Shown here piece by piece: positions 45,016 through 55,823 of a stretch of DNA of 63,709 bases. Below the pieces are notes generated by a model, which saw only the letters and a list, made by a program, of their open reading frames with translations, was not told the origin of the DNA and searched no databases. This stretch comes from a virus. Lineage: Duplodnaviria; Caudoviricetes. The DNA is taken from positions 1 to 63,709 of IMG/VR virus record IMGVR_UViG_3300022072_000008; one strand, given 5' to 3'. Numbering within the stretch: the stretch's first letter is position 1; the number at the start of each line of letters is the position of its first letter. The position numbers and the translations under genes are program-made.

Positions 45016-45387
45016 ATGTTGATTTCTGATAAGGCAATGCACGTAAGCAGTACGACAGGCCAATCGGCTTGGTTTGAAGCTGGTGTTGCGCGGGAAGTCC
45101 CACTACCTTTAGTGGACCAATGTATTGCTGCAGGAGCATATCCTGTAGGCGAGAAAAAATCAGCGCAAAAACCTGCGTCTGAAAAAGTCGAAGTAAATGA
45201 GGTTTCAGATGAAGACCGCATTATGGAGATTGTCACTGCCATTGAGCAGTTGGTAGAGAAAGGTGACACAAAAGCCTTCTCAAAAAACACGGGTGAACCA
45301 AAAGTTCGCAGCCTAGAAAAAGTTTTGGGTTACGACATCACTCCTGAGCAACGCGATGTAGCGTGGGCTGAACTTAGCGAGACGTAA
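45016..45387 (+). CDS. Hypothetical virion-associated protein
   Basis: GGAG RBS; G.PKV..L...LG..IT...RD.AW C-terminal motif. Confidence 0.6.
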   Translation: MLISDKAMHVSSTTGQSAWFEAGVAREVPLPLVDQCIAAGAYPVGEKKSAQKPASEKVEVNEVSDEDRIMEIVTAIEQLVEKGDTKAFSKNTGEPKVRSLEKVLGYDITPEQRDVAWAELSET

Positions 45388-46043
45388 TGGCCATTTCATC
45401 GAACGACATTATCGGTAAAGCACAGACGGTTTTGCAGGATATAGCAGGCACCCGATGGACAACAACGGAGTTGCTTTCGTGGTTAAACGACGGGCAGCGT
45501 GAAGTCTGCTTGCTCAAGCCTTCTGTTAGTGCAACTAACCAGTCTGTAACTTTAGTTGCTGGAACAAAGCAAAACATTCCAGCTACGGGTCTGCAGGTAT
45601 TACGTATTGTGCGAAATTTAACTAGTACAGGGGCAGGCGGCAAGGTAGTCCGAGTTATTAGTCGCGACGTCTTAGATACGCGCAAGCCACTATGGCACAC
45701 CGCAACAGCGACAACGCTTGCCGACCATTACACCTTCGATGAGTTAGACCCCAGGACTTTTTATGTATACCCACCTAACACTGGTAATGGGTATATTGAA
45801 GTTGTTTTTTCTGTACAACCAACACAGGTTGCAGCAAACGGAAACATAACCATTCCTGACATACACGCAAACAACTTGTTGGATTACATTTTGTACCGCG
45901 CTTACGCTAAAGAAGCGGATAACGCAGGTAATGGCGCACGCAGCGCCCAACACTATAAAGCAATGCAAATGTCTCTTGGCATAAAAATACAGCTAGACAG
46001 TGTAACAAGTCCAAATACGCGCACAGTGCCAACACAGGGTTAA
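45387..46043 (+). CDS. Head-tail adaptor (DUF6682-like)
   Basis: LQD....RW...ELL.WLNDGQ; FYVYPP; DYILYRAY.K. Confidence 0.7.
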   Translation: MAISSNDIIGKAQTVLQDIAGTRWTTTELLSWLNDGQREVCLLKPSVSATNQSVTLVAGTKQNIPATGLQVLRIVRNLTSTGAGGKVVRVISRDVLDTRKPLWHTATATTLADHYTFDELDPRTFYVYPPNTGNGYIEVVFSVQPTQVAANGNITIPDIHANNLLDYILYRAYAKEADNAGNGARSAQHYKAMQMSLGIKIQLDSVTSPNTRTVPTQG

Positions 46044-46049
46044 CCTATT

Positions 46050-46676
46050 ATGTATTACAAAGACATGGTCGAGCTTCTCCCTTATAACATCGCAGGTTGC
46101 CCTGACTTTGTAGTTGAGAAAGCTATAAAAGATGCAACGTTAAGCTTCTGCAGACGTAGTGGCGCATTTCGTTTACCTTTGGATGCCTTTACAACTAATG
46201 AGGGGGAGTATGAGTACGATATTGACCTACCTCGCAACACTAATATTGTGGACATTTTTTCTGTTACCGTTGGGGCAAAAGAAATAACCCCCGACACTGA
46301 ACAAGGCGCAACTCACGCAAATCCTGAATGGCGCACCCAGAAAAATACGCCAACCAATTATATACGCCCTACTAATAAAACGCTTTTTTTAGTGCCTGCC
46401 CCAGCGTTTTCTGGTGAGGACATTATAGTCCATGCGTCTCTCAAACCAAGCTTAAAAGCAACGAGTATAGAAGACGATTTTGTCGAAGATTATGTTGACG
46501 GAATTATGGCGGGTGCCTTAGCAAATTTATTGAACGCCCATGACATGCCATGGGCGAATCCACAACGAGCGGCTAAACACGAAGCAGAATTTGAAGCCCA
46601 TATAAGGGACGCAAAACAAAAAGCTGATGGCCGCGCGGGGGCATCAAGAAGGACAGTGCAATACGGAGGTCTGTAG
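46050..46676 (+). CDS. Second adaptor-like virion protein
   Basis: GCP......A...FC; L.P.P; I..GALA.L....PW.NP. Confidence 0.6.
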   Translation: MYYKDMVELLPYNIAGCPDFVVEKAIKDATLSFCRRSGAFRLPLDAFTTNEGEYEYDIDLPRNTNIVDIFSVTVGAKEITPDTEQGATHANPEWRTQKNTPTNYIRPTNKTLFLVPAPAFSGEDIIVHASLKPSLKATSIEDDFVEDYVDGIMAGALANLLNAHDMPWANPQRAAKHEAEFEAHIRDAKQKADGRAGASRRTVQYGGL

Positions 46677-47111
46677 ATGGTTGAGTTAGTACCAGCTACC
46701 AAGGCCGAGATTAGGGCCGACTATTTATACTTTGAGAATGGCATGACGGAGATTATTCGCAAGGTCCAAGCAAAGTTTGTCGCTGCTGACATCTACCATT
46801 ACCTTATGCAAGGCAAGATCCATTTGTATTGGATTGAAGAAGGTATAGATCGTCTGGGTTTTGTAATACTTAGCCAATACGATTCTGGGTACGAAGAGAT
46901 GCCTACCTTGGTTATTGACCACTTATGGCTTACTCCAGGATTAGATGTTTTTGCAGAAGCCATCGCAGCAGGACACGATCTGGCGAACAAGTTGGGCGTC
47001 GAGCGTATCGAATTTAATTCAGCCCGATTAGGTTGGGGCAAGCGTGTTAAGGAGCTAGGTTTTGAACCAGCGTTCGTAACATACCACTTTCAGGTGAATA
47101 GAAATGGGTAG
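46677..47111 (+). CDS. GNAT-fold-like protein in the morphogenesis cluster
   Basis: GFVIL...L.I..LW...A..LG.E.I.F.S.R.GW.....GF pattern. Confidence 0.5.
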   Translation: MVELVPATKAEIRADYLYFENGMTEIIRKVQAKFVAADIYHYLMQGKIHLYWIEEGIDRLGFVILSQYDSGYEEMPTLVIDHLWLTPGLDVFAEAIAAGHDLANKLGVERIEFNSARLGWGKRVKELGFEPAFVTYHFQVNRNG

Positions 47112-47718
47112 TTCAGCATCAAAAGCACAAGCGGATCCGCATGAAAAAGCATTGGTTGATAACTCGAACACAATTGCTAACCGTCATAAAGAATTATACC
47201 GGCCTCTTCAAGAAGGTTTTGTTAAGGAGTCTGGGCGCGATGTTTCTGCAGTCCTTGGCGGTAGAGCAAACGCTGATACGGCACAGGCATTTTCTTCAAG
47301 TCAGGGTGCCAGCTTGGGTGCTTCCGGTAGCAGTGGCGGGTTTGGCAGCGGTCGTTCTATAGGTACACAAGCCCAGCAGGGTGTTATCCAAAGCAATGCT
47401 CTTGGTGGCGCATTGGCCTCAGCAAATCAAAAAGCAACAACTGTTAGAGACCAAGCACAACTGGGCGCACTTAAAATTGGGCAAGGTGGTCGTAGCACAG
47501 CATTGCAGGGTTTATCCCAAGCAGCCCGTGCCCAGAACCAAGAAATTGTTGCTAAGTCCCAAGCAGCCAGCAGCATGCAAGATACAAACATGGCGTTTGC
47601 TGGCGATCTAGGCGCAGGTTTATATACATTGAAAAACCCGCCTAAAACACCAGAATTAGATGCCTATAAACAGATGCTTGAAGATGCAAAGAATCTTTAT
47701 GGTACGAGGACTACATAA
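47104..47718 (+). CDS. Putative internal virion/ejection protein
   Basis: Ala/Gly/Gln-rich and helical; position before the large core proteins. Confidence 0.55.
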   Translation: MGSSASKAQADPHEKALVDNSNTIANRHKELYRPLQEGFVKESGRDVSAVLGGRANADTAQAFSSSQGASLGASGSSGGFGSGRSIGTQAQQGVIQSNALGGALASANQKATTVRDQAQLGALKIGQGGRSTALQGLSQAARAQNQEIVAKSQAASSMQDTNMAFAGDLGAGLYTLKNPPKTPELDAYKQMLEDAKNLYGTRTT

Positions 47719-48368
47719 TGGGTGTATTAGATAAACTAGGCGATATGTTTAACAGCAATAGCCAAGGGCCTAACACAGGGCCCCCATCTCAAGGTTTTAA
47801 AGAAGGGGCGCCAAAAGATTATAAGCCTAACAGAATAGGTGAAGAGCAAAATCGAACAGTATCAACCGATGCGGGGTCAATGGCTCAAGAGACTTTAGCA
47901 AAAATTTCACGGGACGAGCTCAAGAATTACCTAGACAAATTTGGTAGTACAGAAGAAGCATTGTTAGCAGACACTGACAGTAGGGCGATGATCGACAATG
48001 CCAAATCTTCACAGGTTCTTGGGCAGCAGGTTTCTGATGGAATGCAACAACGCACGTTGAGCCGTTACGGTGCAAGTCTGACGGGTGCACAAATGGCCTC
48101 TCAAAATCGCATGAATTCTTTAGGTAATGCGTCGAACTTTACTGGCGCGGTAAACAACTCTGTTCTGGATCAACGCGACCGTAACTTGGGTCTGAAATCT
48201 CAGCTTATGGGTATCGGTAACGAACAATTGGGCGTGGCGATGGGTGGGCTAAGTTCAGCTGCAGGTATGGAGGCTTCAAGAGAAGCTCAGTATCAGCGCG
48301 ATCGTGCATCAGCTCACGCACAAAATATGCAAATGATGGGTCAAATTATTGGCTTTGGAATAGGTTAG
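47718..48368 (+). CDS. Putative internal virion/ejection protein
   Basis: Gly/Gln/Ser-rich and helical; hydrophobic Gly C-terminus. Confidence 0.55.
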   Translation: MGVLDKLGDMFNSNSQGPNTGPPSQGFKEGAPKDYKPNRIGEEQNRTVSTDAGSMAQETLAKISRDELKNYLDKFGSTEEALLADTDSRAMIDNAKSSQVLGQQVSDGMQQRTLSRYGASLTGAQMASQNRMNSLGNASNFTGAVNNSVLDQRDRNLGLKSQLMGIGNEQLGVAMGGLSSAAGMEASREAQYQRDRASAHAQNMQMMGQIIGFGIG

Positions 48369-48377
48369 GAAAAGACA

Positions 48378-50465
48378 ATGGCATACATGAATCCAATCTT
48401 AGGTGCAATTCAGAACAAGCAAAAGCAAGACATAGCTAACCAGCAGTTTGAGGCTAACTACGCTATGAAGGCTCAACAGCTTGGCGCACAGATGCCCGGT
48501 TGGAAAGCCTCGGCGGATGCGCAGGTTTTTGAAAACAATAAAAAACTTTTGACGCAAGGCCATCAGTATTTTAGGAACTCAGGGATGATGGACCCAGAAA
48601 CATTTGCTTTTAAGTCGCAAGAAGAGATTATGAGCGACCCCGGCTTGATGCAACAGATGTCCGACTTTATGAATATGCCAATGAATAAAGACTTAATTGA
48701 CCCTAACAAGACAGGCCAAACCTTTAAAGGTTTTGTTCCCGTCTCTTCTTCTCAGGCAGTAATGGAATTGGACAGCCCCGAAAAAACTGGAGAAAGAACG
48801 TTTGTTTCGGAAAATGCATCAACAAATCCGTCGGATAACCCGATGCTTATGGACGCAAACACTTGGAATATTATGACCCAAAAGATGATTTCAAGGATGG
48901 AACATGCATCGGGAATGCTAGGTGGTTTTGGTCGCAAAGCACTCCAAGAGCAGGCTGATAAGGGACAGGGAAGAGCAGAGGATCTTGTAAACAATTCAGC
49001 GCTGCAATTGCAGTTGCCAACTCGCCAAGATCTCAACGATGCCGCTGGAAACCCAGAAACATCTATGCCACAACAAGAAATACCTGTCGACCAAAACCAA
49101 GTAGAGGTGCCTACAGCATTCGGCAGTGAGGGCGGGCTTAGTTTCGACATACCTAAACAAGACCCGAGTAAAAATAGGCAAGGACCAGCAAAGGGCAACT
49201 ATTTAAGAAATCTTTTGAGAGACACAGGCGAAGCAGCAAAGCTGTCTCAGTATTCGCCTACCGAACTAAACAACCTAACTGACCCTATGCTCCAGTTTGC
49301 CGCTGAGTTCCATAAGGACGCTATTAAAGACAATTCTGTCCAAAAAATTGTGAGACAGGGTTTTGGCAAGAAGGGTAAAAAACAACCTTTAACAGAAGAT
49401 CAAGAGATAGCAATTGCGCAGCACACAGCAGCGTTGGATCAGATACAAGGTTTAGCCGCAAGCCGAGTAGCAGTTGGCAATGCTACTGAACAAAATACAA
49501 TGGCTAGCAAAGCAACGAATAATGCAGTCAAGAATCAGGTGGCCACCGTTAGTATGGTGACTGATCCAGCCAAATCGGCCGCGTTAGACGCTGCCATTAC
49601 ATCAGATGTTGGCACTGATCCCAAAAATATAGAAGAAGCCGTCACTAAAGCAGGAAAAACAATCGGCGGCATAAAACCAAACAAAAAGATTACAAGTAAA
49701 GATGTGTACCAACTTAGTTTACTTAAAGCCAATAAGGTTATTGATCAGGCGACATTTAACCGTATTATTGATCTAGGTGTTTTTTCTGATGACACCTTAG
49801 GCTTAGTAAAAACTAATGTGGATGCGCAGGTATCGGTACTGAAACAACAGATGAGCGATGCAGCCAAAGCAAAAGCTGCAGCGATTAAAGCAAAGGCAAA
49901 ATTAAAAGAAGACAAAGGTAATGGGGATTTTCTTGACGTCCAGCAAAGTTTAGATACTATTTTTGATGAAAACCCAGACGGGTATTTTACAGCCTTATTC
50001 TCTTCCCACTCAGTCGACCAATTAACAGCACCACAAGCGGCGCACCTCAGTGTTCAGATGGGCCAAAAGCTTAACAAAAAGTTCGACATAAGTTGGTATT
50101 CAGATCCTATTGACTACTTTACTCAAGGGAACATCAAAAAAGAAGATGCTGCAGTGGGTATGCGTAATTATGCACTCACCGAAGATGGAAGGGTCGTCAA
50201 CATTGACCCTGCAACAGGACAAGAGAAAGGAAATGCAGATGTGCGGTTGAGTAGTTTCTCTGCCGACGAACAAACATACCTCAGAAAAGAACTGAAGTCC
50301 CCTTACGACACCCGCTCACGAAACATAGAAAGAGAAGTGCAACGTATACAAAAGCAAATAAGTGAAAGATTAATCAGCGCGCAACAAATGCCAGCAGTGC
50401 AAGCGCGACTTGAAATATTAGAAGGTATAGCAACTGCCTTAGACGCCCAAAAAGGGGGAGGTTAA
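48378..50465 (+). CDS. Putative ejection (DNA transfer) protein
   Basis: 695 aa, helical, Q/A/K-rich; typical podovirus position. Confidence 0.55.
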   Translation: MAYMNPILGAIQNKQKQDIANQQFEANYAMKAQQLGAQMPGWKASADAQVFENNKKLLTQGHQYFRNSGMMDPETFAFKSQEEIMSDPGLMQQMSDFMNMPMNKDLIDPNKTGQTFKGFVPVSSSQAVMELDSPEKTGERTFVSENASTNPSDNPMLMDANTWNIMTQKMISRMEHASGMLGGFGRKALQEQADKGQGRAEDLVNNSALQLQLPTRQDLNDAAGNPETSMPQQEIPVDQNQVEVPTAFGSEGGLSFDIPKQDPSKNRQGPAKGNYLRNLLRDTGEAAKLSQYSPTELNNLTDPMLQFAAEFHKDAIKDNSVQKIVRQGFGKKGKKQPLTEDQEIAIAQHTAALDQIQGLAASRVAVGNATEQNTMASKATNNAVKNQVATVSMVTDPAKSAALDAAITSDVGTDPKNIEEAVTKAGKTIGGIKPNKKITSKDVYQLSLLKANKVIDQATFNRIIDLGVFSDDTLGLVKTNVDAQVSVLKQQMSDAAKAKAAAIKAKAKLKEDKGNGDFLDVQQSLDTIFDENPDGYFTALFSSHSVDQLTAPQAAHLSVQMGQKLNKKFDISWYSDPIDYFTQGNIKKEDAAVGMRNYALTEDGRVVNIDPATGQEKGNADVRLSSFSADEQTYLRKELKSPYDTRSRNIEREVQRIQKQISERLISAQQMPAVQARLEILEGIATALDAQKGGG

Positions 50466-50468
50466 CCA

Positions 50469-53400
50469 ATGAGTGGTAACCTCCTAAGAGACATAAACTC
50501 GCTAAAACTAGACATTGAAAAACAAGCAGAGACTAAGAGCTCAGGATTGCCGGGTCGAATAGCTTTGCTTAGACAAGATTTAGACGCGGGTATGATACTC
50601 ACTCCCCAAAACTTGACGCCTATGGACGCGGGTATGGAAGCAGGTAGACAGGGGCTAAAATCCGCAAAGAACACTGCGCTGTCTGCTGGTAACTATCTCA
50701 TTGGGGACGACGAGGCTGGGGCAGATTACCTTAAAGAAGCTCAAGCTATTGATGGGCAAGTAGGGCGGTTATCTGGCCAGTACACCAGCTTTGAAGAGTT
50801 TATTGATGATCCAGGTTTCAGTAATTTTGCTGAGATGACCACATTCAAACTAGGGCAAGCGGTCCCATCGGCCATTGAAAGTTTTGCATCTGGTACGGCA
50901 GGCGCAGCAATGGGTTTTGTAGGTAGCGGTGGCGTTGGCGCTATTCCAGGTTTTGTTGGAGGTTTGGTTGCCAAAGGCAAAGCAAAACGCATGATTCGTG
51001 ATGCTATTATTGACTACGCCCAAGGTAAAGCAACTGATGAACAAAAGAACGTCGCACAACAAGCCTTAAAATTCGGCGCTGTTAACAGTTATAACAGTGC
51101 AAAACGAGGCATTGTGCCGGGCGCTAAAATTGGCGCAATGAGTTCAGGTTATTACCAAGGTGTATCAGCATCGTTCGGCGAATCTGTTGAGACCGGGCAA
51201 GATAGACAAGAAGCTGCAGGCATTGCCGCATTAATGGGTATACCGTTTGCTGCGGCTGACGTTGCTCCAGAAATATTATTCGTAAAATCATTAGCCAAAC
51301 TTGGCAAGTCTACAGGCGACACTTCTGCACTGAGAGCGTTTGGCGGTACTGTTTTGAAGCAAGGCGCTGCAGAAGCATTAGCGGAAGGTAGTCAAGAAAG
51401 TTTAATTGTCGCCCAACGTTTTCAACAAGACCCCAACTACGACGCAGAACGTGCGGTCATGCGTATTGCGGATTCTGCATACTCTGGTTTGGTTGCTGGT
51501 AAAGCGTTAGGTGTAACATCTGGCACAGTGAACGCTGCATTAACAACAGCAAGAAACGCACTAAATAAAACTAGACAAACCATCCATGAGAAGACAGCGC
51601 CTGATGCTGAAACGGTAAAGAATTTTGAGTTTGACGACCTATCGCCAGAGGGCATGGCGCAAGTCCCACTGAACGAGTTGGTTTACGCTGTTCAAGATGT
51701 ACAAGAGGGCCAAACCTTCGAAGCTGACCCAATCTCACAAGAGCATGCCGCTGCAGCGATCCAAGAACTAAACAGACGCGCCGAAGAGATGGGGCAAAAC
51801 CGTTTCCAAGAATTAGTAATGAGAGAGCTGAACGCAGGCAAAACTGCAGACCCCTCGTCAGAACTTGAGCAGGCCACGCCTAACGAAAGCGATTTACCAG
51901 AAGCAGGCGCAACTGAGCAGCGCGCAGTAGACAACTACGAAGACGAAGACATTGCAACAGCAGAAACGACTCAAGGTTTTGAAGAAAGGTTACTCGGTCA
52001 CAAAAATAAAAAAGCACTTGTAGGCTACAAAATAGGGAGCAACGGATTAAAGGACAGGCTTGCAGAACTGCAAGAAGAAAACCCTGGACGGCAGTATCGG
52101 TTAGTACAAAAAGATGGGAAAGGCTATGTAGAAGAAGTCGTTGAAAGTAGTTTTGACGTGACCGAAATTGTGAACGAAGGCATTACGAAAGCGCGAGCTG
52201 GAGTACTAAAAAAAGGTGTTGATAGAACTGTTCCCGCCACTGATCCGCAAGGAAAAGACTTTAAGCTAGCTCCTACGGAGTTAGCGTTTGCAGGCCAACG
52301 TGCCAATAACAAAGACAAAGCTAACGCAGCAAACATGACCTACCCGCAGTTAATCATGTCAGGTTTGCTGCGCATGGTTCAGGAGCTGACGGAGAAAGGG
52401 TTCAAAATGGACCTTGATGCGCTGCCCGATAACACAGTTATTATTAGGGGTAAGGCAAAAAACGATGTTCCCGTTCGCACTCAGTATACTTGGGGGGACC
52501 TCAAAAGGGCTTGGGCCCAAAGAAAAGACACAAGGGAAGGGTCGGCGTTCGACGGTTTAAACGCGAAGGAACAGAAGCTCATCGAAACAGAAGAGCAGAT
52601 AGAAAAGCTTGGGCGCAACCCCTATGTCGGTGCAACTCGAAATGAATTAGATGAACTAATAATTCAGCGTGATGCACAACTAGCGGAAATAGAAAGCAGG
52701 GACGACACAGAAACTGACACTACAGTAATGGGGACGATCCAGCAGGAGCAGGAAGAACAGAAAGCCCGAATCCTTGACGAAGATGGTAAGGCGATTACTT
52801 ACCCTAATACAAAATCACGTAAAGGGAAAATTAGAACAGCACCAAAAGATGAATCCATAAGCTACGGCGTTGTGAAGAAAAAGGGCAAACCAGCAAGTGA
52901 AGCCCAACAAAAAGTTTTAGATAATCGCGCTAAACGAAAGGCTAAAAAAACTGCTGATGCGCAAGAGCGACGAGAAAGGATAGAACAAGACAAAAAAGAC
53001 AAGCAGGCCGAGGTAGACCAAACTAAACAAGCGACGCAAGAACGCGTAGCAAAGACAAAAGCGAAGCGCGACGCAGCAAAGCCAAAGCCAAAACCAAAGC
53101 CAAAGCCAAAGCCAAAGCCAAAGCCAAAGCCAAAGCAAGAGCAGAAGCCCCAGCCAAAAGCAAAGCCTTTAACGCGAAAGGAATCAGGCAAGGTGTCTTT
53201 CTATGGGACTTTTCCAGATGTGTTCGCGCGTTACGCCAACGCAATTATATCGGCTGTGGGCATAAAGACTAAAGTCCATATTATGTGGGCAGACGACCTC
53301 CAAGCATTTAATGAGCAGAACGGCAATCCTATAGGGGAAGCCAGTGTAAAAAATGCTATTGACGGCACACTGAAAGGATTCGTTGCACAACGTGATGGCA

Positions 53401-55823
53401 ACGCTTACATCGTGTTATCCAAAGATATAGGCAACCCTTATCGGCAGGCGCTTGTTGCCGCAGTGCTAGGGCACGAACTTGGCCACGTATTGTTTAAAGA
53501 GTCTATTAATAGCTTATCCAAAGAGAACCTTGCGCGTTTAAAAAAGGCTTATCAGGAACAGCTAAAGACAAAGAGCAATAAGCAATACACCAATGACGAT
53601 GCTGGCTTTGAAGAATGGTATGCGGATCAGGTGTCTGCGTGGGCTGGCAAACAAACCAAAACTCCAGGGAAGTTTGCTGAGTCGCATTTCAAACGTATAG
53701 GTTTGAAGATGCAGCAGATTTGGCGCAAGTCACGCTCCTTTGTGCGTCAGATGTTCCGTGGGGCAACTGACGCCCAGAAAGCGCAGACTAGAACCCTTAA
53801 AGATCGTTTTACTCTAGATGAAACCTTTGAACAGTACATGAACAGTGTGTTGGAAAGCATTAATGTACAAGAGTCTACTGCGGGATCAACAAGTGGGTCG
53901 ACAACCGGAGGTAAGATTTTTGAGAACCTCGGTCAGTTGGAAGGAACGCCGTTAGTAACAAAGCTCGTTGAGGCTATGCGTAAAATATGGGACTCAGGTT
54001 TTGTCGATGGGCTAATGAAAATTATCTTGTCAGCAGACCAATACGCCCGGGTTCGTTTAGGTAAGCTAGGTCCAGCGTTCGCTAATTTGTTTTACCACCG
54101 CACTCAGTCTGTAACTCAAGGCTTAGGCAACATGCTTAACAAAGCAAACCATGCTTTGGATAAATGGAACGCACAGTTTGCAGAGATTATCGGGGAAGAC
54201 ACAGAGCGATCTAGCAAGGTACTTGCAGAAATGCAGTCAGGTGTATCAATCGAAAATTCCATTGACCCAGAAATGCGTAGGCAGCTTGCAGATTTCTTTG
54301 AGCGTTTTCATAAAGACTATTTAGCGAAGCGTATACCTAACATAGGTAAGATTAAAGATTATTTCCCTGTCGTGTATAACATTGCGGCAATACAAGCAAA
54401 CCCTGATGCGTTCTTGGCAGAATTACAAAAAGCGGGTTTAAACAAACGGCAATCACAAACGGTCATGCGCACTATGTTAGAAAACAACGGCGCATTTGTT
54501 GACGATTCCCCCAATCAAGAAATCTTCGGGCCTCAGTTTAATTCTAGGTTGCAACGTGCTCTAAAGAATATGGATACAAAAGCAATGCAAGACCTTGGCT
54601 TCTACCAAGATCCGTTAATTGCTGTGCAGTCCTATTTGAAACAAGCCACAAAACATGCGGAATATAATGCAGTAAAAGCCGAGGCTGAAAGACTCATTAA
54701 CAGCATGAACCCTAAACAACAGGCTCAAGCTCGCAAAATTGTACTCGGCTACATGGGCAGACTTGGCGCAGAGATAGATCCTACTTGGAACAAGTATCAG
54801 TCATACATTGCAGCGTTACAGTTTGCCACAACCTTAATGTTTTCTGTAGTCGCGTCGTTCACAGACCTTGCTAACCCTATTATCCGTGCCAAAGATATGG
54901 ACGGTTTCAAGAGCGCTTTGAGCAATTGGCGTAAATACATGAGTAAACAAAGCCGCGAAGAAATGGCCGAGTTTGCTGAGCGCATAGGTGCTGCATCCCG
55001 CGAAGCAGTTCAAGAAGCTTTACACCAAGCAAACAACTCAGAGTTTATGGAGGCAGGCGCGCGTAAATGGTCAGATAAGTTTTTCAAAGCTATTGGCCTT
55101 GAACAGTGGACTAGGATGACTCGAATTATTGCAGCGAGTATGGGCCGTGACTTTATTGTTACTCACTCCAGAAAAGCAGCAGCAGGCGATGTGCAGAGTA
55201 TACGTTACTTAAAAGAACTCGGGCTCACCCACCAAACTGTAGCAAAAGCGTACAACCAAGAAACAGACACGCTTGATATTTCAACGCCGGAGGGTGAAGC
55301 AGTACAAGAAGCCATACTTAATTTTGTAGATGAATCAATCATACGGCCTAATGCTGCACAACGTCCTGTTTGGGCTAGTGACCCGCATTACATGTTGCTA
55401 TGGCAACTAAAAAGTTTCTTCTATTCATTCGGGCAGATCGTAGTGGGTGGCGTCGTTAGAGAAATGAAGGCACGTTACAAAGAAGGCGACAAGGTTGGTG
55501 CTATGATGCCTCCAATGATTTTGTTTGCTGCACTAATGCCATTGGCTGCTTTAGGACTGCAAACACGCGAACTAATCAAGGGTGCTTTCAAGGAGCCCCG
55601 CGAAAAGGAAGAGGATGAAGTGGCCTATGTTTTCGATCTAGTCGATCGCGCTGGCATACTTGGACCCCTTTCTATCATCAAATCTATGTTTGATGCAGAG
55701 AGCAGCGGACGAAGTGCTTTAGTTTCAGTCATGGGTCCAACGGCTGGAAGCATTGAAACATTTGTTAACGGCGACTTGGGCGACCTAGCAAAACGGCTAA
55801 CCCCCATTTACTCACAGTTATAA
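50469..55823 (+). CDS. Large ejection/polyvalent protein with zincin motif
   Basis: 1784 aa; Gly/Ala TM-like N-terminal region, (KP)9 linker, GHELGH..FEEWYAD, helical C-terminal domain. Confidence 0.7.
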   Translation: MSGNLLRDINSLKLDIEKQAETKSSGLPGRIALLRQDLDAGMILTPQNLTPMDAGMEAGRQGLKSAKNTALSAGNYLIGDDEAGADYLKEAQAIDGQVGRLSGQYTSFEEFIDDPGFSNFAEMTTFKLGQAVPSAIESFASGTAGAAMGFVGSGGVGAIPGFVGGLVAKGKAKRMIRDAIIDYAQGKATDEQKNVAQQALKFGAVNSYNSAKRGIVPGAKIGAMSSGYYQGVSASFGESVETGQDRQEAAGIAALMGIPFAAADVAPEILFVKSLAKLGKSTGDTSALRAFGGTVLKQGAAEALAEGSQESLIVAQRFQQDPNYDAERAVMRIADSAYSGLVAGKALGVTSGTVNAALTTARNALNKTRQTIHEKTAPDAETVKNFEFDDLSPEGMAQVPLNELVYAVQDVQEGQTFEADPISQEHAAAAIQELNRRAEEMGQNRFQELVMRELNAGKTADPSSELEQATPNESDLPEAGATEQRAVDNYEDEDIATAETTQGFEERLLGHKNKKALVGYKIGSNGLKDRLAELQEENPGRQYRLVQKDGKGYVEEVVESSFDVTEIVNEGITKARAGVLKKGVDRTVPATDPQGKDFKLAPTELAFAGQRANNKDKANAANMTYPQLIMSGLLRMVQELTEKGFKMDLDALPDNTVIIRGKAKNDVPVRTQYTWGDLKRAWAQRKDTREGSAFDGLNAKEQKLIETEEQIEKLGRNPYVGATRNELDELIIQRDAQLAEIESRDDTETDTTVMGTIQQEQEEQKARILDEDGKAITYPNTKSRKGKIRTAPKDESISYGVVKKKGKPASEAQQKVLDNRAKRKAKKTADAQERRERIEQDKKDKQAEVDQTKQATQERVAKTKAKRDAAKPKPKPKPKPKPKPKPKPKQEQKPQPKAKPLTRKESGKVSFYGTFPDVFARYANAIISAVGIKTKVHIMWADDLQAFNEQNGNPIGEASVKNAIDGTLKGFVAQRDGNAYIVLSKDIGNPYRQALVAAVLGHELGHVLFKESINSLSKENLARLKKAYQEQLKTKSNKQYTNDDAGFEEWYADQVSAWAGKQTKTPGKFAESHFKRIGLKMQQIWRKSRSFVRQMFRGATDAQKAQTRTLKDRFTLDETFEQYMNSVLESINVQESTAGSTSGSTTGGKIFENLGQLEGTPLVTKLVEAMRKIWDSGFVDGLMKIILSADQYARVRLGKLGPAFANLFYHRTQSVTQGLGNMLNKANHALDKWNAQFAEIIGEDTERSSKVLAEMQSGVSIENSIDPEMRRQLADFFERFHKDYLAKRIPNIGKIKDYFPVVYNIAAIQANPDAFLAELQKAGLNKRQSQTVMRTMLENNGAFVDDSPNQEIFGPQFNSRLQRALKNMDTKAMQDLGFYQDPLIAVQSYLKQATKHAEYNAVKAEAERLINSMNPKQQAQARKIVLGYMGRLGAEIDPTWNKYQSYIAALQFATTLMFSVVASFTDLANPIIRAKDMDGFKSALSNWRKYMSKQSREEMAEFAERIGAASREAVQEALHQANNSEFMEAGARKWSDKFFKAIGLEQWTRMTRIIAASMGRDFIVTHSRKAAAGDVQSIRYLKELGLTHQTVAKAYNQETDTLDISTPEGEAVQEAILNFVDESIIRPNAAQRPVWASDPHYMLLWQLKSFFYSFGQIVVGGVVREMKARYKEGDKVGAMMPPMILFAALMPLAALGLQTRELIKGAFKEPREKEEDEVAYVFDLVDRAGILGPLSIIKSMFDAESSGRSALVSVMGPTAGSIETFVNGDLGDLAKRLTPIYSQL
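53079..53135 (+). repeat. Hexamer microsatellite (AAGCCA)x9 encoding (KP)9
   Basis: Nine tandem units, one with a synonymous AAACCA. Confidence 0.95.

Noticed and set aside
52862-53244. Minus-strand ORFs with FG, LW or LA dipeptide repeats
   Set aside because: Antisense shadows of the AAGCCA microsatellite in the 1784-aa gene.
50469-55823. N4-like virion RNA polymerase using the 7-bp-stem/3-nt-loop palindromes as hairpin promoters
   Set aside because: About half the size of N4 vRNAP, no polymerase motifs recognised, and the palindrome loops vary freely.
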